Virus record (IMG/VR): IMGVR_UViG_2595698595_000001
Span: 1-64,000 of that record
Reading direction: 5' to 3' (one strand)
Source of the DNA: a virus
Taxonomy: Duplodnaviria; Caudoviricetes
Length of the DNA stretch: 64,000 nt
In this document: piece by piece, positions 8,942-18,771 of the stretch
How the letters are laid out: the number at the start of each line of letters is the position of its first letter
How positions within the stretch are numbered: position 1 is the stretch's first letter
The notes under the pieces: generated by a model
Database searches by the model: none
What the model saw: only the letters and a program-made list of their open reading frames with translations
What the model was told of the DNA's origin: nothing
Made by a program: the position numbers and the translations under genes

Positions 8942-9322
8942 ATGGATTTCAATACTTTACATCCTTCAGAACCGAGATACAAAGACATTGCTGTAGTATT
9001 GAATCCAGTTTCATTATTCAGACAAGAACTTTTATTCTTACTTGAAGGGAAAAACACAGACGTTCTAGGTGATTACGAAGATTGGATCGATATCGAATCG
9101 TTAGTGTTCAAATCGAATGTCAATGAAGATGATTTGAACAATCAGTTAAGAACTGCTATACAAACTAAATCAGTATATTGCTCAGATTTTACGTGGGATT
9201 CTAGAGTATATTTCATGAAAGATGATGTTACTAATTCTGACATTGGTATTATCGAAATCGAAATATACGATTCAACGAACGAAAACGTTGCAGATACTTT
9301 AAAATTCATGTACTCAATGTAA
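8942..9322 (+). CDS. Baseplate wedge protein, T4 gp25-like
   Basis: Size and motif LLEGKNTDVLGDYEDWIDIESLVF; upstream of gp6-like gene. Confidence 0.6.
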   Translation: MDFNTLHPSEPRYKDIAVVLNPVSLFRQELLFLLEGKNTDVLGDYEDWIDIESLVFKSNVNEDDLNNQLRTAIQTKSVYCSDFTWDSRVYFMKDDVTNSDIGIIEIEIYDSTNENVADTLKFMYSM

Positions 9323-9331
9323 AAACAAAAT

Positions 9332-9685
9332 ATGAAAACATTATCAAAATTATACGAAAGTAAATTAAACGAATCTTCTTTGAAAACTTTTACCTTTAAT
9401 GATTTAAAAGAAGCACCGTTAACTATAGATAAATACAATATATCCCAGAAACGTAATGGTACTTTATATAACATTATGAAGAAAGATGAAATGGATCATG
9501 GTAATATAATAAGATCAGTTTCAGAAGCCTTTCAAACTAAATCTGAATCAAGAAAGCATGGACTATTCTTTGCTGAATGTACAGGTAGATACATTTATTT
9601 ATATAGAACTGATAGTCCTAAAGGTGAAATCGTTTTATCAGCAAAAAGTGAAGAAGAACTTAGAAATTTTTATTCTACTATATAA
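9332..9685 (+). CDS. Hypothetical protein with capsid-targeting-like leader
   Basis: N-terminus MKTLSKLYESKLNES. Confidence 0.55.
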   Translation: MKTLSKLYESKLNESSLKTFTFNDLKEAPLTIDKYNISQKRNGTLYNIMKKDEMDHGNIIRSVSEAFQTKSESRKHGLFFAECTGRYIYLYRTDSPKGEIVLSAKSEEELRNFYSTI

Positions 9686-9704
9686 ATCAACGTATTGACA
9701 TGTT

Positions 9705-9740
9705 CGAAAACCCACTCTCAAATTTGAGAGTGGGTTTTCG
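9705..9740. terminator. Perfect 36-bp palindrome, probable terminator
   Basis: CGAAAACCCACTCTCAAA/TTTGAGAGTGGGTTTTCG. Confidence 0.75.
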
Positions 9741-9745
9741 TCGTT

Positions 9746-9753
9746 TATACATA
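9746..9753 (+). promoter_or_regulatory. Putative late promoter TATACATA
   Basis: 24 nt upstream of gp6-like gene. Confidence 0.75.
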
Positions 9754-9777
9754 TAATCATAAACATAATTAACTGAA

Positions 9778-11508
9778 ATGCGTAAAACATACTTTAGTGA
9801 TAAGTTCAAATTTCTTAAAAATGCTTCATTAAGATCGGATGACATTTCAGCTTCAATCGATCAATATTTAGCTTCTGTATTTAAGAACAACAATTTAAAG
9901 TGGCTTAAAACTAAGTTGCTTGCTTTTAGTCAGACAATTGCGGTCGTAAAGGAATTATCGACATTGATATTCTATTACATTGATGCAGCCTTAACAGAAG
10001 CTAATGTTTTTACAGCTCAAAAGGAAGTTTCAGTTAGAAACTTAGCTGAGATTTCTGGACATAATGTTACTAGGGCTATTTCAGCACGTGGGTCTGTTCT
10101 TATAGAATTAATGCCACAGTTTTCAGCTGAATACGGTTCTCAAGTAAGAGTTAAGAAATATGGTAAGATTGCTACAAATCAAGGACATCAATATCTGATA
10201 AATTTTGATAGTGATGAACAAATACTTTCTACTAATTCGAATTGGATTTTACCAGTTATCGAAGGTAAACTTGAAACTTCTACATTCATAGCAACAGGTG
10301 AAGAACTACTTACCATTCATTTAGACGATATCAATATTATCGAGAATTATGATGTAAACGTTTTCGTTAATAATGTAAAATGGAACAAAGCTGCCGGTTT
10401 ATATGATATGACGATAAACGAAGAAGCTTATATCATAAAAACTGGTTATACGAATCAAGTGGATATTTATTTCGGTACTGGTATAAATGGTAAAGTTCCT
10501 TCTGTTGGTGATTCTATCCGTATCGAATATATCGTAACTTCTGGATTCGGTGGTAACATTTCAGATTTCGAAACTATCGAATTTACATTTGTTGACGGTG
10601 TATACGATTTACAGGATGAACAAATTGAAGTAAACGAATTAGTTAGAATTTCTAAACAGTCTGGATTCGATTTAGGAAACGCTGGTGAGGATTTAGATAC
10701 AACTAGATTAAACGTTGGTTTTAGTTCTCGTACTTTAGTTCTTTCAAGTTCTGAGAATTTCGAAGCTTATCTTTCAAGACTTCCAGTTTCCAGAGTAAAC
10801 GTTTGGTCTGAATATGATAACACAGCTGTTAAGAATCTTTTGATACTTCCAAGAATCAAAGAACGTGTAAGATCTTATAAGGATTATTTGACTATAGATG
10901 AAACTGATTTCGTTATAACAGATAAGATGAAAGATTCTATAATCGAACTTATAGATAATTCTAGAAAGACTTATGTAACGAATGAATTAGTTTTCATAGA
11001 CCCAATAATTCGTAAGTATGCTATTCTAGTTTATATCGAATCAGATCAAGATATTTTGAATCGTTCTTCTCTATACAAAGAAGTTACAGATACGATAACG
11101 TCACATTTCATGAATCGGATATTTTCTAAGAACTATTCGACAACAGTTTCTAAAGCTGAATTGATAAACGATATTAAGAAACAAGTTCCAGAATATTTAA
11201 GGATTAACATATTCATTGTTTCAGATCAAAACGAAGAGGCTAGAATAAACGGATTTTATGAGAAAAAAGAATATATTAACAAAGATGGTATTAAACGTAT
11301 AGATACTGTAAGAATCAATATCGACATTGATGAAAATCCAGGATTAGGTCTTTCGGAATATGGTGATATTTCTGTTCAGGATATAAACGAAATACCAGTT
11401 TTAGGAAAGAATGTTAGAATACTAAGCAACGATAATTCTGTTAAGACTATTGTCGATCCAATATCAGTTTACATAAAAGATGATAATAGCTGGAAACTTT
11501 TGTCTTAA
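9778..11508 (+). CDS. Baseplate wedge protein, T4 gp6-like
   Basis: EANVFTAQKEVSVRNLAEISGH, IYFGTGINGKVP..IRIEYIVTSGFGGN motifs typical of gp6. Confidence 0.85.
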   Translation: MRKTYFSDKFKFLKNASLRSDDISASIDQYLASVFKNNNLKWLKTKLLAFSQTIAVVKELSTLIFYYIDAALTEANVFTAQKEVSVRNLAEISGHNVTRAISARGSVLIELMPQFSAEYGSQVRVKKYGKIATNQGHQYLINFDSDEQILSTNSNWILPVIEGKLETSTFIATGEELLTIHLDDINIIENYDVNVFVNNVKWNKAAGLYDMTINEEAYIIKTGYTNQVDIYFGTGINGKVPSVGDSIRIEYIVTSGFGGNISDFETIEFTFVDGVYDLQDEQIEVNELVRISKQSGFDLGNAGEDLDTTRLNVGFSSRTLVLSSSENFEAYLSRLPVSRVNVWSEYDNTAVKNLLILPRIKERVRSYKDYLTIDETDFVITDKMKDSIIELIDNSRKTYVTNELVFIDPIIRKYAILVYIESDQDILNRSSLYKEVTDTITSHFMNRIFSKNYSTTVSKAELINDIKKQVPEYLRINIFIVSDQNEEARINGFYEKKEYINKDGIKRIDTVRINIDIDENPGLGLSEYGDISVQDINEIPVLGKNVRILSNDNSVKTIVDPISVYIKDDNSWKLLS

Positions 11509-11520
11509 AGTTAGTATAAT
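11491..11520 (+). promoter_or_regulatory. Class A promoter (GGAAAC-N17-TATAAT)
   Basis: Exact 17-nt spacer, TAG before -10. Confidence 0.65.
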
Positions 11521-11535
11521 TTATTCATATTACAA

Positions 11536-11727
11536 ATGAGAAATTTCAATCATTTATCGAAACAGAAAGAAACAAAATTTCCATGGCAATTAGGATTGCT
11601 TAAGAAAAACATGTCACCACGTGCTTTTGCAAATCCTTTAACAGCTTACATACTTTTCAAAGCTGAGGAAATTCTTGTTAATGCTGTTGAACAAATTAAC
11701 AAAATACGAATTTACTTTAGACCTTAA
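11536..11727 (+). CDS. Hypothetical protein
   Basis: 63-aa ORF directly after promoter. Confidence 0.55.
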   Translation: MRNFNHLSKQKETKFPWQLGLLKKNMSPRAFANPLTAYILFKAEEILVNAVEQINKIRIYFRP

Positions 11728-11731
11728 AACT

Positions 11732-11914
11732 ATGCTTGACAATGCTAAAGTTGGACAAAATTGTTCAACACATCTTATTCTTGACGGTGATGGTGTATCT
11801 GGAAAGATAACTAAAATCAACAAAACTAAAAGAACCTTTAACATAAAAACTAAAGGAGGTTTAACAATTAAAGACATAGCGGAAAAGGATTTACAAGAAG
11901 TTTATGGCAGTTAA
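11732..11914 (+). CDS. Hypothetical small beta-barrel-like protein
   Basis: Start moved to ATG 11732 (MLDNAKVG) to avoid overlap. Confidence 0.55.
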   Translation: MLDNAKVGQNCSTHLILDGDGVSGKITKINKTKRTFNIKTKGGLTIKDIAEKDLQEVYGS

Positions 11915-12236
11915 TATGATGATATCTAAAGAACGTACAGTTTCTAGTAGACTTAGTAAATCTGTAAACGGTAATATCTTACGTGAGAATATCTCTAAAG
12001 CTATAGCAATTGAATCAGCTATTTGTTCAGGTTCTGTTAAAGCTATTTGTAAAGTTCCATTCTGTTTCATAAAAACTTTAGGAGGTTTTATGGAAAAGAT
12101 AAAACGTAACGAAGTTCTAATTCCAGTTAAAGGTAAAAAGAATACATATCTTACCAAATCCAACAATGAGTTTGTTGCTGATATAACGTTCATTAAATCA
12201 AATTTCAGAGTTATGGAAGATACGATAATAATCTAA
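11904..12236 (+). CDS. Hypothetical protein
   Basis: 110-aa ORF coupled to upstream gene. Confidence 0.55.
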   Translation: MAVNMMISKERTVSSRLSKSVNGNILRENISKAIAIESAICSGSVKAICKVPFCFIKTLGGFMEKIKRNEVLIPVKGKKNTYLTKSNNEFVADITFIKSNFRVMEDTIII

Positions 12237-12271
12237 AAATACTTGGCGATAATACATTATCGTTTAATTTT

Positions 12272-12308
12272 CCCCACATCGCAAGTCGGTGTGGGGTTTC
12301 TTTGTTTT
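12272..12308 (+). terminator. Intrinsic terminator
   Basis: CCCCACATCG-CAAGT-CGGTGTGGGG plus T tract. Confidence 0.8.
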
Positions 12309-12315
12309 ATACATA
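12308..12315 (+). promoter_or_regulatory. Putative late promoter TATACATA
   Basis: 17 nt upstream of large structural gene. Confidence 0.75.
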
Positions 12316-12332
12316 TTTCATAATCTATAACA

Positions 12333-15188
12333 ATGCTTAGAATCTACGATCAGAACAGTCAAGAACTGTATAACAATTCAATTCTTCATCTAAATAAAGT
12401 TTCAGTTGGGCTTAATGGAAATAGAACTATCGTTATCGAAAGTTCATCTAATTTTACTGTAACTAGTCCTAACGAAAACGTAAAGTTAGCTAAACTGATA
12501 AATCAGGACAAAGTATCATTAGAACTTTCTAGGGATTATAATGTTCAGAATAGATTTACCCCAGTTTATTTGAACTTATATTCTGAGGAAGAATTTGAAA
12601 GTATTGTAGACTTATACGTAACTAATATCGACGGTGATTCTATAACGATTAAAGTTAAAACAGTATTCGAGGATAACTCAGACCGTTTGATGGTTTTATT
12701 GAATAATAATGGTGTACGTATATCAGATTTATGGTATAAGGCTATCAAATCTTCAGACCTTAATGAAATATCTTGTATCGTTCTTAATCAAAAACGTAGA
12801 GAATTCTTACTAGATTTATTGACACTTACTGGTTGTATATCAAGTTACGATAATCTATTCGCAGCTTTAGACTTCTTTGAATGGAGTGATATAGTTACAG
12901 TAAAGGAGTATTGGAAAGATGGGCAATTTGGAAAGTATCGTATAACTGACGTTAACAATAAAATCATAGACCGAAAACTATTAAATGATGGTTTCGTTAA
13001 GACTAATTGGTTAGGATTGTATTTCCAGCTAAATCAACCAGATGGTACATATGATTCAGACGGTTTTGCTAATTTCGAAGACGTAAACGTAACAGTTGAA
13101 GACTTATGGACAAAGTTATACTATCTGAAACAGATTTTAGAAGAAACGTTTTTACCAACTAATGTTAAGATTATCGATATAGTAGGTGAACATACTTCAA
13201 TAGCTGGATTAGATAAAACTGTATGGGTTGATAAAACTGTAGTAACAGATATCGAACCAAATCCTTCAGATATCTTTGATGAATTCGATATCATAGCTAA
13301 TTCAAAGGATCATATAATTATCGAAGATTCATATTGTTTACGTAAGTTACCTATTTATATCGATCTTAATGATGATATGATAAAACTTGATCCTAATGCT
13401 ATATCTTCACAACCTAATGAACCGATATTCAAAATCATAAAGACTAAGGAAGAATTAAGTCAAATGACAGATTTCAAAGATTATGAAGTAATGACTCAGT
13501 TCTATCGTGGTGATTTCGCTTCAATAGAAGTTGTATTCAATGTTATCAATGAAGATTTAGCTGGATTGATGAATTACAAAATAGCTTTACAGGAAGATAT
13601 AGATGATTCTGGTCAATTCAATCAAATCTATTTGTCAGAATTAATGTCATATTCTGAACTATTAGCTTCACAAAAACTAGGTATTAGAAAGGTTGGTAAG
13701 TTTAGATTAGTGATTTATGTTTTCAATGGATGGGGTGCTATGGATATGGTAAGTTCGACATTAGAATTTACAGTATCTATAGATTCGTTAAACATTCAAC
13801 TTTATGAAATATCAGACAAGATTGATAAAGATTTGAAATATGATATTGGTTTCTATACAACTATTCCAACAGTAAATCAAGAACTTGTAGTACCGGATGC
13901 ATTCGATCCTATATTCGATATATCTGATAGAAGTACTGCGTTTCCTGGAAGATACTTCAAAAATTCAATGACTGAAAGATATCTAGAAACTACTATCAAT
14001 CAGTATAACATGGTTGAGAATCGACAATTACAAAAATGTAGGATTATCGATTATTCAACATATCATGAAGTTCTGTTATTTAGTTTTGATGATACTGAAA
14101 CTAGCTTGAAACTGAAGTTATACGATAGACATGAATGGTCTGAAGTTTCAAATCCTTCAAGTAATCATTCTGAAAGGACTGAATTAGTTTCAAAACTAAA
14201 TGATATAAGTTTCAGAAGTACGGATTGGAAGAATCCATTTAATCGATATACTTATCATCTTACAGAATATTCTGTTGACGGTAGTCTTACAAATACTATT
14301 CCAGTAATCGTAGCGTTTGCTAAAGAAGCTGATAATTTCTTTGAAAACATGGTGCTAATTGGAAACGCTTTATCAGAACCTATTGAGAAGGCTTATTTAC
14401 GATTACTATCATTACAACATGCTGTATTTAGAATCGATAAACTTATAAATCCTGCTACTAGTGATTTGACTATCATTCAAGATAAAGTAACTACAGTTAT
14501 CGAAAACGTAACTATCAATGATTTAGATGAATTGGTAACAGTTCTTAAGAATGCTCCGATTTCAAAAATGTCATTGACGGTTTCACCGAATGGAATGTTA
14601 ATCGTTTCAAGTGATAAGGATATTGTTTTGAAACATGATTCGATTGGTACCGTTTATGATATTGTCAGAAACGTAGCTTACGATAATTTGAAATTCGCAA
14701 AAATCGGTCAGGATTTTCAAGTAACAATTCCGGTATTTGCAACACCCGAAAAACGATATAATACTTATGATTATGTTTGGGAAGTTATCGATAGATATTC
14801 AGGTGATGTAGTACATACAGAGAATAACAGAGTAATGTCATGGTTACCTTTTGATTTGGGTGTATATGATATTAAATTATCAATGTTAGACGTTCTTACA
14901 GGTAATTCAGTTATATCAGCATTTAAGAAAGGTGGAATACGTATTTCTGATAGACCTTTTACTGAAACTAGTTCTAACGTAATGTTTTACAATACTGAAC
15001 AAACTAAGACTGTTTATAATACAACTTGCTTACTTGGAACGAATCCTGAACCTTTGATCTACAAAGTAAGGGAACGTAAGTATTCTTCTACAGTTTCACA
15101 AGAAGATGCTAATATGAAAGCTTTACGAGAAATCGAACAAAATGCTCAAGACTGGGCTAACGCTTATGGCTATTGTAGGGTGATGTAA
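12333..15188 (+). CDS. Large baseplate wedge-like protein (gp7-like) with C-terminal DUF5977-like domain
   Basis: GCISSYDNLFAALDFFEW segment; C-terminal YSSTVSQEDANMKALREIEQNAQDWANAYGYC. Confidence 0.6.
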   Translation: MLRIYDQNSQELYNNSILHLNKVSVGLNGNRTIVIESSSNFTVTSPNENVKLAKLINQDKVSLELSRDYNVQNRFTPVYLNLYSEEEFESIVDLYVTNIDGDSITIKVKTVFEDNSDRLMVLLNNNGVRISDLWYKAIKSSDLNEISCIVLNQKRREFLLDLLTLTGCISSYDNLFAALDFFEWSDIVTVKEYWKDGQFGKYRITDVNNKIIDRKLLNDGFVKTNWLGLYFQLNQPDGTYDSDGFANFEDVNVTVEDLWTKLYYLKQILEETFLPTNVKIIDIVGEHTSIAGLDKTVWVDKTVVTDIEPNPSDIFDEFDIIANSKDHIIIEDSYCLRKLPIYIDLNDDMIKLDPNAISSQPNEPIFKIIKTKEELSQMTDFKDYEVMTQFYRGDFASIEVVFNVINEDLAGLMNYKIALQEDIDDSGQFNQIYLSELMSYSELLASQKLGIRKVGKFRLVIYVFNGWGAMDMVSSTLEFTVSIDSLNIQLYEISDKIDKDLKYDIGFYTTIPTVNQELVVPDAFDPIFDISDRSTAFPGRYFKNSMTERYLETTINQYNMVENRQLQKCRIIDYSTYHEVLLFSFDDTETSLKLKLYDRHEWSEVSNPSSNHSERTELVSKLNDISFRSTDWKNPFNRYTYHLTEYSVDGSLTNTIPVIVAFAKEADNFFENMVLIGNALSEPIEKAYLRLLSLQHAVFRIDKLINPATSDLTIIQDKVTTVIENVTINDLDELVTVLKNAPISKMSLTVSPNGMLIVSSDKDIVLKHDSIGTVYDIVRNVAYDNLKFAKIGQDFQVTIPVFATPEKRYNTYDYVWEVIDRYSGDVVHTENNRVMSWLPFDLGVYDIKLSMLDVLTGNSVISAFKKGGIRISDRPFTETSSNVMFYNTEQTKTVYNTTCLLGTNPEPLIYKVRERKYSSTVSQEDANMKALREIEQNAQDWANAYGYCRVM

Positions 15189-15212
15189 CACCCTACAAAT
15201 GTTTAGTATAAT
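15173..15212 (+). promoter_or_regulatory. Hairpin plus class A promoter variant (TGTAAC-N17-TATAAT)
   Basis: TTGTAGGGTG/CACCCTACAA stem with stop codon and -35 in loop. Confidence 0.6.
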
Positions 15213-15262
15213 CTATTCTAATAACAAATATATTTGTTTACTTTTAAAAGCGTCACCAAAGA

Positions 15263-16165
15263 ATGGGAGCAACATTAAACTACTTTATGACCGGTAGACA
15301 TACTGGCGTAACTACACTCGCTAAGAACCTAGTTGAGTATTCTAAGAAACTGACATTTTTCATGTCATTCCATCCGAAACAAAGACATCTGTGGTACAAT
15401 CAAAACGATTTATCAAATTCAGCTGCTATCAAAATCAATGAAATAGTTTTCGATCGTCTTTCAAAAGAACGTATATCTTCATTTTATGAAATCTATAACT
15501 TAGTAGAGTCATATGGTAAACGTCACGCAACTGAGATGCTTCAATCGATGAACTTACAATTGGATAATTTCTATAAGTTTGGTGGTAACATTATCGTTGA
15601 AGGTATGCCTTTCGTAAATGGCGAACATGGTAAAAATATTCTAAAGAATATCGAAACAATAGTTAAGTATTCAAAAGGTCATGTTAACGTTTACTGGTTT
15701 GACGCATTCGAAGGTTTAAAATTCAGATACTCTGGTGAGAATGGAGGATATACTGAATTTATGGAAGGACGTCATTCGATGGTTACACAAATGAATAACA
15801 TCAATCTTATCGAATTTATAGATGACGAAGAAAATCTTATCGAATTCATTAAGCTTACTGAAAGGTTTGACGAAACGTTTGATATCAAGAATCTAAGATA
15901 TATGAAATCTGTAAGACATTACAATCTTTACAATGATGACATGTTAATGAAATACTTTAGATCGAACTTCTTACAGTATATCAATTACTGGTCAAGGACC
16001 CCACTTCTGTCTAATATATTCGAAACCAAAAACGTTACTAATATTTTCAAAGATAGTAGAACTTATGTTCTTAACGATGACTATCATTTCATGACTTTCA
16101 AAGATATATTCAATGATTTAGTATTCGATACAAAAGTATACGAAAAATTGAAAACGTTTAGATAA
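15263..16165 (+). CDS. Hypothetical protein with degenerate P-loop-like N-terminus
   Basis: YFMTGRHTGVTTL; NIIVEG Walker B-like strand. Confidence 0.5.
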   Translation: MGATLNYFMTGRHTGVTTLAKNLVEYSKKLTFFMSFHPKQRHLWYNQNDLSNSAAIKINEIVFDRLSKERISSFYEIYNLVESYGKRHATEMLQSMNLQLDNFYKFGGNIIVEGMPFVNGEHGKNILKNIETIVKYSKGHVNVYWFDAFEGLKFRYSGENGGYTEFMEGRHSMVTQMNNINLIEFIDDEENLIEFIKLTERFDETFDIKNLRYMKSVRHYNLYNDDMLMKYFRSNFLQYINYWSRTPLLSNIFETKNVTNIFKDSRTYVLNDDYHFMTFKDIFNDLVFDTKVYEKLKTFR

Positions 16166-16203
16166 GTTGAGTAAAATTAATCCAATACTATAAAATCAAA
16201 ACA

Positions 16204-16689
16204 ATGACAAACAAACAAAAGTCGAGGAAGACCAAGGGTAAGCTAATTTTACACCCTGGGTCATTGTTAATTGCAAAACCTAAGTTCAATATCGCAATTC
16301 ATCCTATCTCAAGAGAAGTTTACAAAATCACAACTTCATTACAAGGCATAATGCGATTAGAACCAGTTTCAGGTTCTGGTAAAGTAAGACATGACGATGA
16401 TATTACCCAATATCTGTTTCCTTACATTATGACATCAGATAACGATGTTTACCCTATCGATTATGAATGGCAGAAAGTATTTTCATTACTTGACATTTCT
16501 AGAACATTTGATATCGAAATCAAAACTATTATTGGTGTTTCTGACATGGCTTTCAAAGCTGAGAAATCGAGATTTTATAGTATCGAAATCAATACTCCAC
16601 AAACATTGAAATTAACTCAATCTGAGTTGATAACTTTGCAAACTCTATTAAAGGGATCGAAACATAAGTTAAACAGAATAAAACGATAA
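16204..16689 (+). CDS. Hypothetical protein
   Basis: 161-aa ORF. Confidence 0.6.
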   Translation: MTNKQKSRKTKGKLILHPGSLLIAKPKFNIAIHPISREVYKITTSLQGIMRLEPVSGSGKVRHDDDITQYLFPYIMTSDNDVYPIDYEWQKVFSLLDISRTFDIEIKTIIGVSDMAFKAEKSRFYSIEINTPQTLKLTQSELITLQTLLKGSKHKLNRIKR

Positions 16690-16692
16690 GAC

Positions 16693-16968
16693 ATGGAAGA
16701 ACAATATAGTAACATTAATCGTAAACAAAAGACTTTCGAAACTTGTAAAGACAATACTGAATCTATAATTCAGGACATAAGAACTGCTTCCATGTCTGTT
16801 AATTCTTTGATTCAAAACGAATTAGTTCTAAATAAATCCGATTTACGTGAAGAAGCTTTAACTATTGAAGATAATATCAATAGATTAGAAATTCGTTTAC
16901 AAGAATACGTAAAGTTCTTACGTTCCCACAGATTAGATGCTATAAGTACATTCTCTAAAATTCAATAA
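16693..16968 (+). CDS. Hypothetical coiled-coil protein
   Basis: 91-aa ORF. Confidence 0.6.
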   Translation: MEEQYSNINRKQKTFETCKDNTESIIQDIRTASMSVNSLIQNELVLNKSDLREEALTIEDNINRLEIRLQEYVKFLRSHRLDAISTFSKIQ

Positions 16969-16973
16969 AACAA

Positions 16974-18305
16974 ATGAAACAATATTTAGACTTATTAAAT
17001 GACGTTATGACAAATGGTACTGACAAGGAACCATCACGTCAAGGTATGCCTGGAACTAGGCAACTATTTGGAAGACAGTTTTCAATAGACTTAAAGGATG
17101 GATTTCCATTGTATACGACTAAGAAATTGTCTTTCAAGAATATAGTAAACGAATTAAACTGGTTTCTGAAAGGTCATACTTCAGTAAAATTCTTAGAATA
17201 CTACAAATGTCGAATATGGCATGATGATTCTTATGTAAACTATACACGTGTAGCTAACGAAGTACTTCAACAAGCTAATTTAATTCAACAAATGTCTCAC
17301 GGTTCTGATGAACCTTTGATAAATATGTTTACTTGGCAATGTTCTTTAACCGTTCTAGAAAGTAACATGTTCAAAAGAACGAAAATAGAAGCTACTAAAG
17401 ATAACGTATTAGACTGTTACGAATTACTTTCTAAAGAAGAATACAAGAAAATGATTCGTAACTGGGGTGACAGTATTCATAGAAAATCGGTTATTGACAA
17501 TCATTTCGATTTAGACAAAGAAGTGGTAAACAACAAAATCATAAAGTTCACGAATCACGTTGATTCAAAAAATCTTCAATATAGTTCTACTCTATTCGAT
17601 AGTTGTATTGAAATTGCTACATCTTACAAATATCATTCTTATGATATTGGTGATTGTGGTGCACAATATGGATATCTTTGGAGAAATCTAAAAGCTGTCG
17701 AATCAGATGGTATTACTGTTAAGACTGTAGATCAGGTTGGTGATTTGATCTCAAGTTTAACTGATACACCATTTAGTCGTAGACATATTATCGATTCTTG
17801 GAATCCTGGAACTATCGATGAAATGGCTTTACATGCATGTCATCCAATTGTTCAGTGGGATGTAACAGAAAAAGAAGGGAAACGATATCTTTCATGTTCG
17901 TTCTATATGCGTTCAAATGATTTGTTCTTAGGTAATCCGTACAATATAGCATTTTACGCATTGTTAACCAATCTATTAGCACACGCATATAAGATGGGAT
18001 TAGGTACTTTGACATGGTCATGTGGTGATGCTCATATTTATAGTAATCATTTCGATTCAGTTAAAGAGCAATTATCACGCACACCAATGAAGTTACCTAA
18101 TTTGAATCTACCTAAAGATATGGGTTTCTTCTTACTTCAGGATTTAATTACACCGAGTGTCAAGAATCTATCATCAAGAACTGAAAATCAATTCGGTCAT
18201 CAGATTTATGTAGGACTTGATAATTATCTGGAACAAATTACAAATTCATTGGAAAACTATAACCCTTATGAATCTATTAAGGGTGAACTATCAACTGGAG
18301 CGTAA
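16974..18305 (+). CDS. thyA: Thymidylate synthase with large internal insertion
   Basis: MKQYLDLL, GFPLYTTKK, ELNWFLKG, SRRHI..WNP, catalytic ACH, RSNDLFLGNPYN, GDAHIYSNH. Confidence 0.93.
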   Translation: MKQYLDLLNDVMTNGTDKEPSRQGMPGTRQLFGRQFSIDLKDGFPLYTTKKLSFKNIVNELNWFLKGHTSVKFLEYYKCRIWHDDSYVNYTRVANEVLQQANLIQQMSHGSDEPLINMFTWQCSLTVLESNMFKRTKIEATKDNVLDCYELLSKEEYKKMIRNWGDSIHRKSVIDNHFDLDKEVVNNKIIKFTNHVDSKNLQYSSTLFDSCIEIATSYKYHSYDIGDCGAQYGYLWRNLKAVESDGITVKTVDQVGDLISSLTDTPFSRRHIIDSWNPGTIDEMALHACHPIVQWDVTEKEGKRYLSCSFYMRSNDLFLGNPYNIAFYALLTNLLAHAYKMGLGTLTWSCGDAHIYSNHFDSVKEQLSRTPMKLPNLNLPKDMGFFLLQDLITPSVKNLSSRTENQFGHQIYVGLDNYLEQITNSLENYNPYESIKGELSTGA

Positions 18306-18709
18306 TGATTAGACTTTGTGAATTAGGGATTGTCGATACTGACAATCCCTCAAAAATATACAAAAGTAGATTTAGTGGACATTTAGCATTTGAAGACCGT
18401 TTGACTATTAGAATGGCTCCTGCTAAACATGTACATGCTTATCTAGATAAAGAAATTGTAGCAACATCTGACGAAACTTTAGGATTACCTATGTTTTCTA
18501 GAGAGTTTCTGAAAGAATACTGTGAAAATAACGGTGCTCAAGATTCAGTAAACATTCTATTCAGAAAGGCTTATATCGATATATCTAACGGTAAAGAAGT
18601 AACATATTTCGGATTCGAAACTGATGAACGTATAGCTACAGGTGAATTAATGATAATAGAAAAACTTGTACCAGCTTTGTCAGAAACTGGAAATGTTATC
18701 ACTAGGTGA
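18305..18709 (+). CDS. Hypothetical protein
   Basis: TAATG-coupled 134-aa ORF. Confidence 0.6.
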   Translation: MIRLCELGIVDTDNPSKIYKSRFSGHLAFEDRLTIRMAPAKHVHAYLDKEIVATSDETLGLPMFSREFLKEYCENNGAQDSVNILFRKAYIDISNGKEVTYFGFETDERIATGELMIIEKLVPALSETGNVITR

Positions 18710-18736
18710 AACTTTTTGATAAATTCGTAGTAATAT
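18706..18736 (+). promoter_or_regulatory. Class A promoter (TGAAAC-N18-TAATAT)
   Basis: GTGAAAC...CGTAGTAATAT. Confidence 0.55.
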
Positions 18737-18771
18737 TACTTTATACAACAAATAAACATAATCATTTTTAA

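Noticed and set aside
11675-11727. Programmed frameshifts at ORF overlaps (also 34426, 35001, 37613, 49724)
   Set aside because: Each overlap disappears when the next in-frame ATG after the upstream stop is used.
17220-17650. Intein or intron in thymidylate synthase
   Set aside because: In-frame insert without a C-terminal HN-(C/S/T) junction or homing endonuclease motifs.
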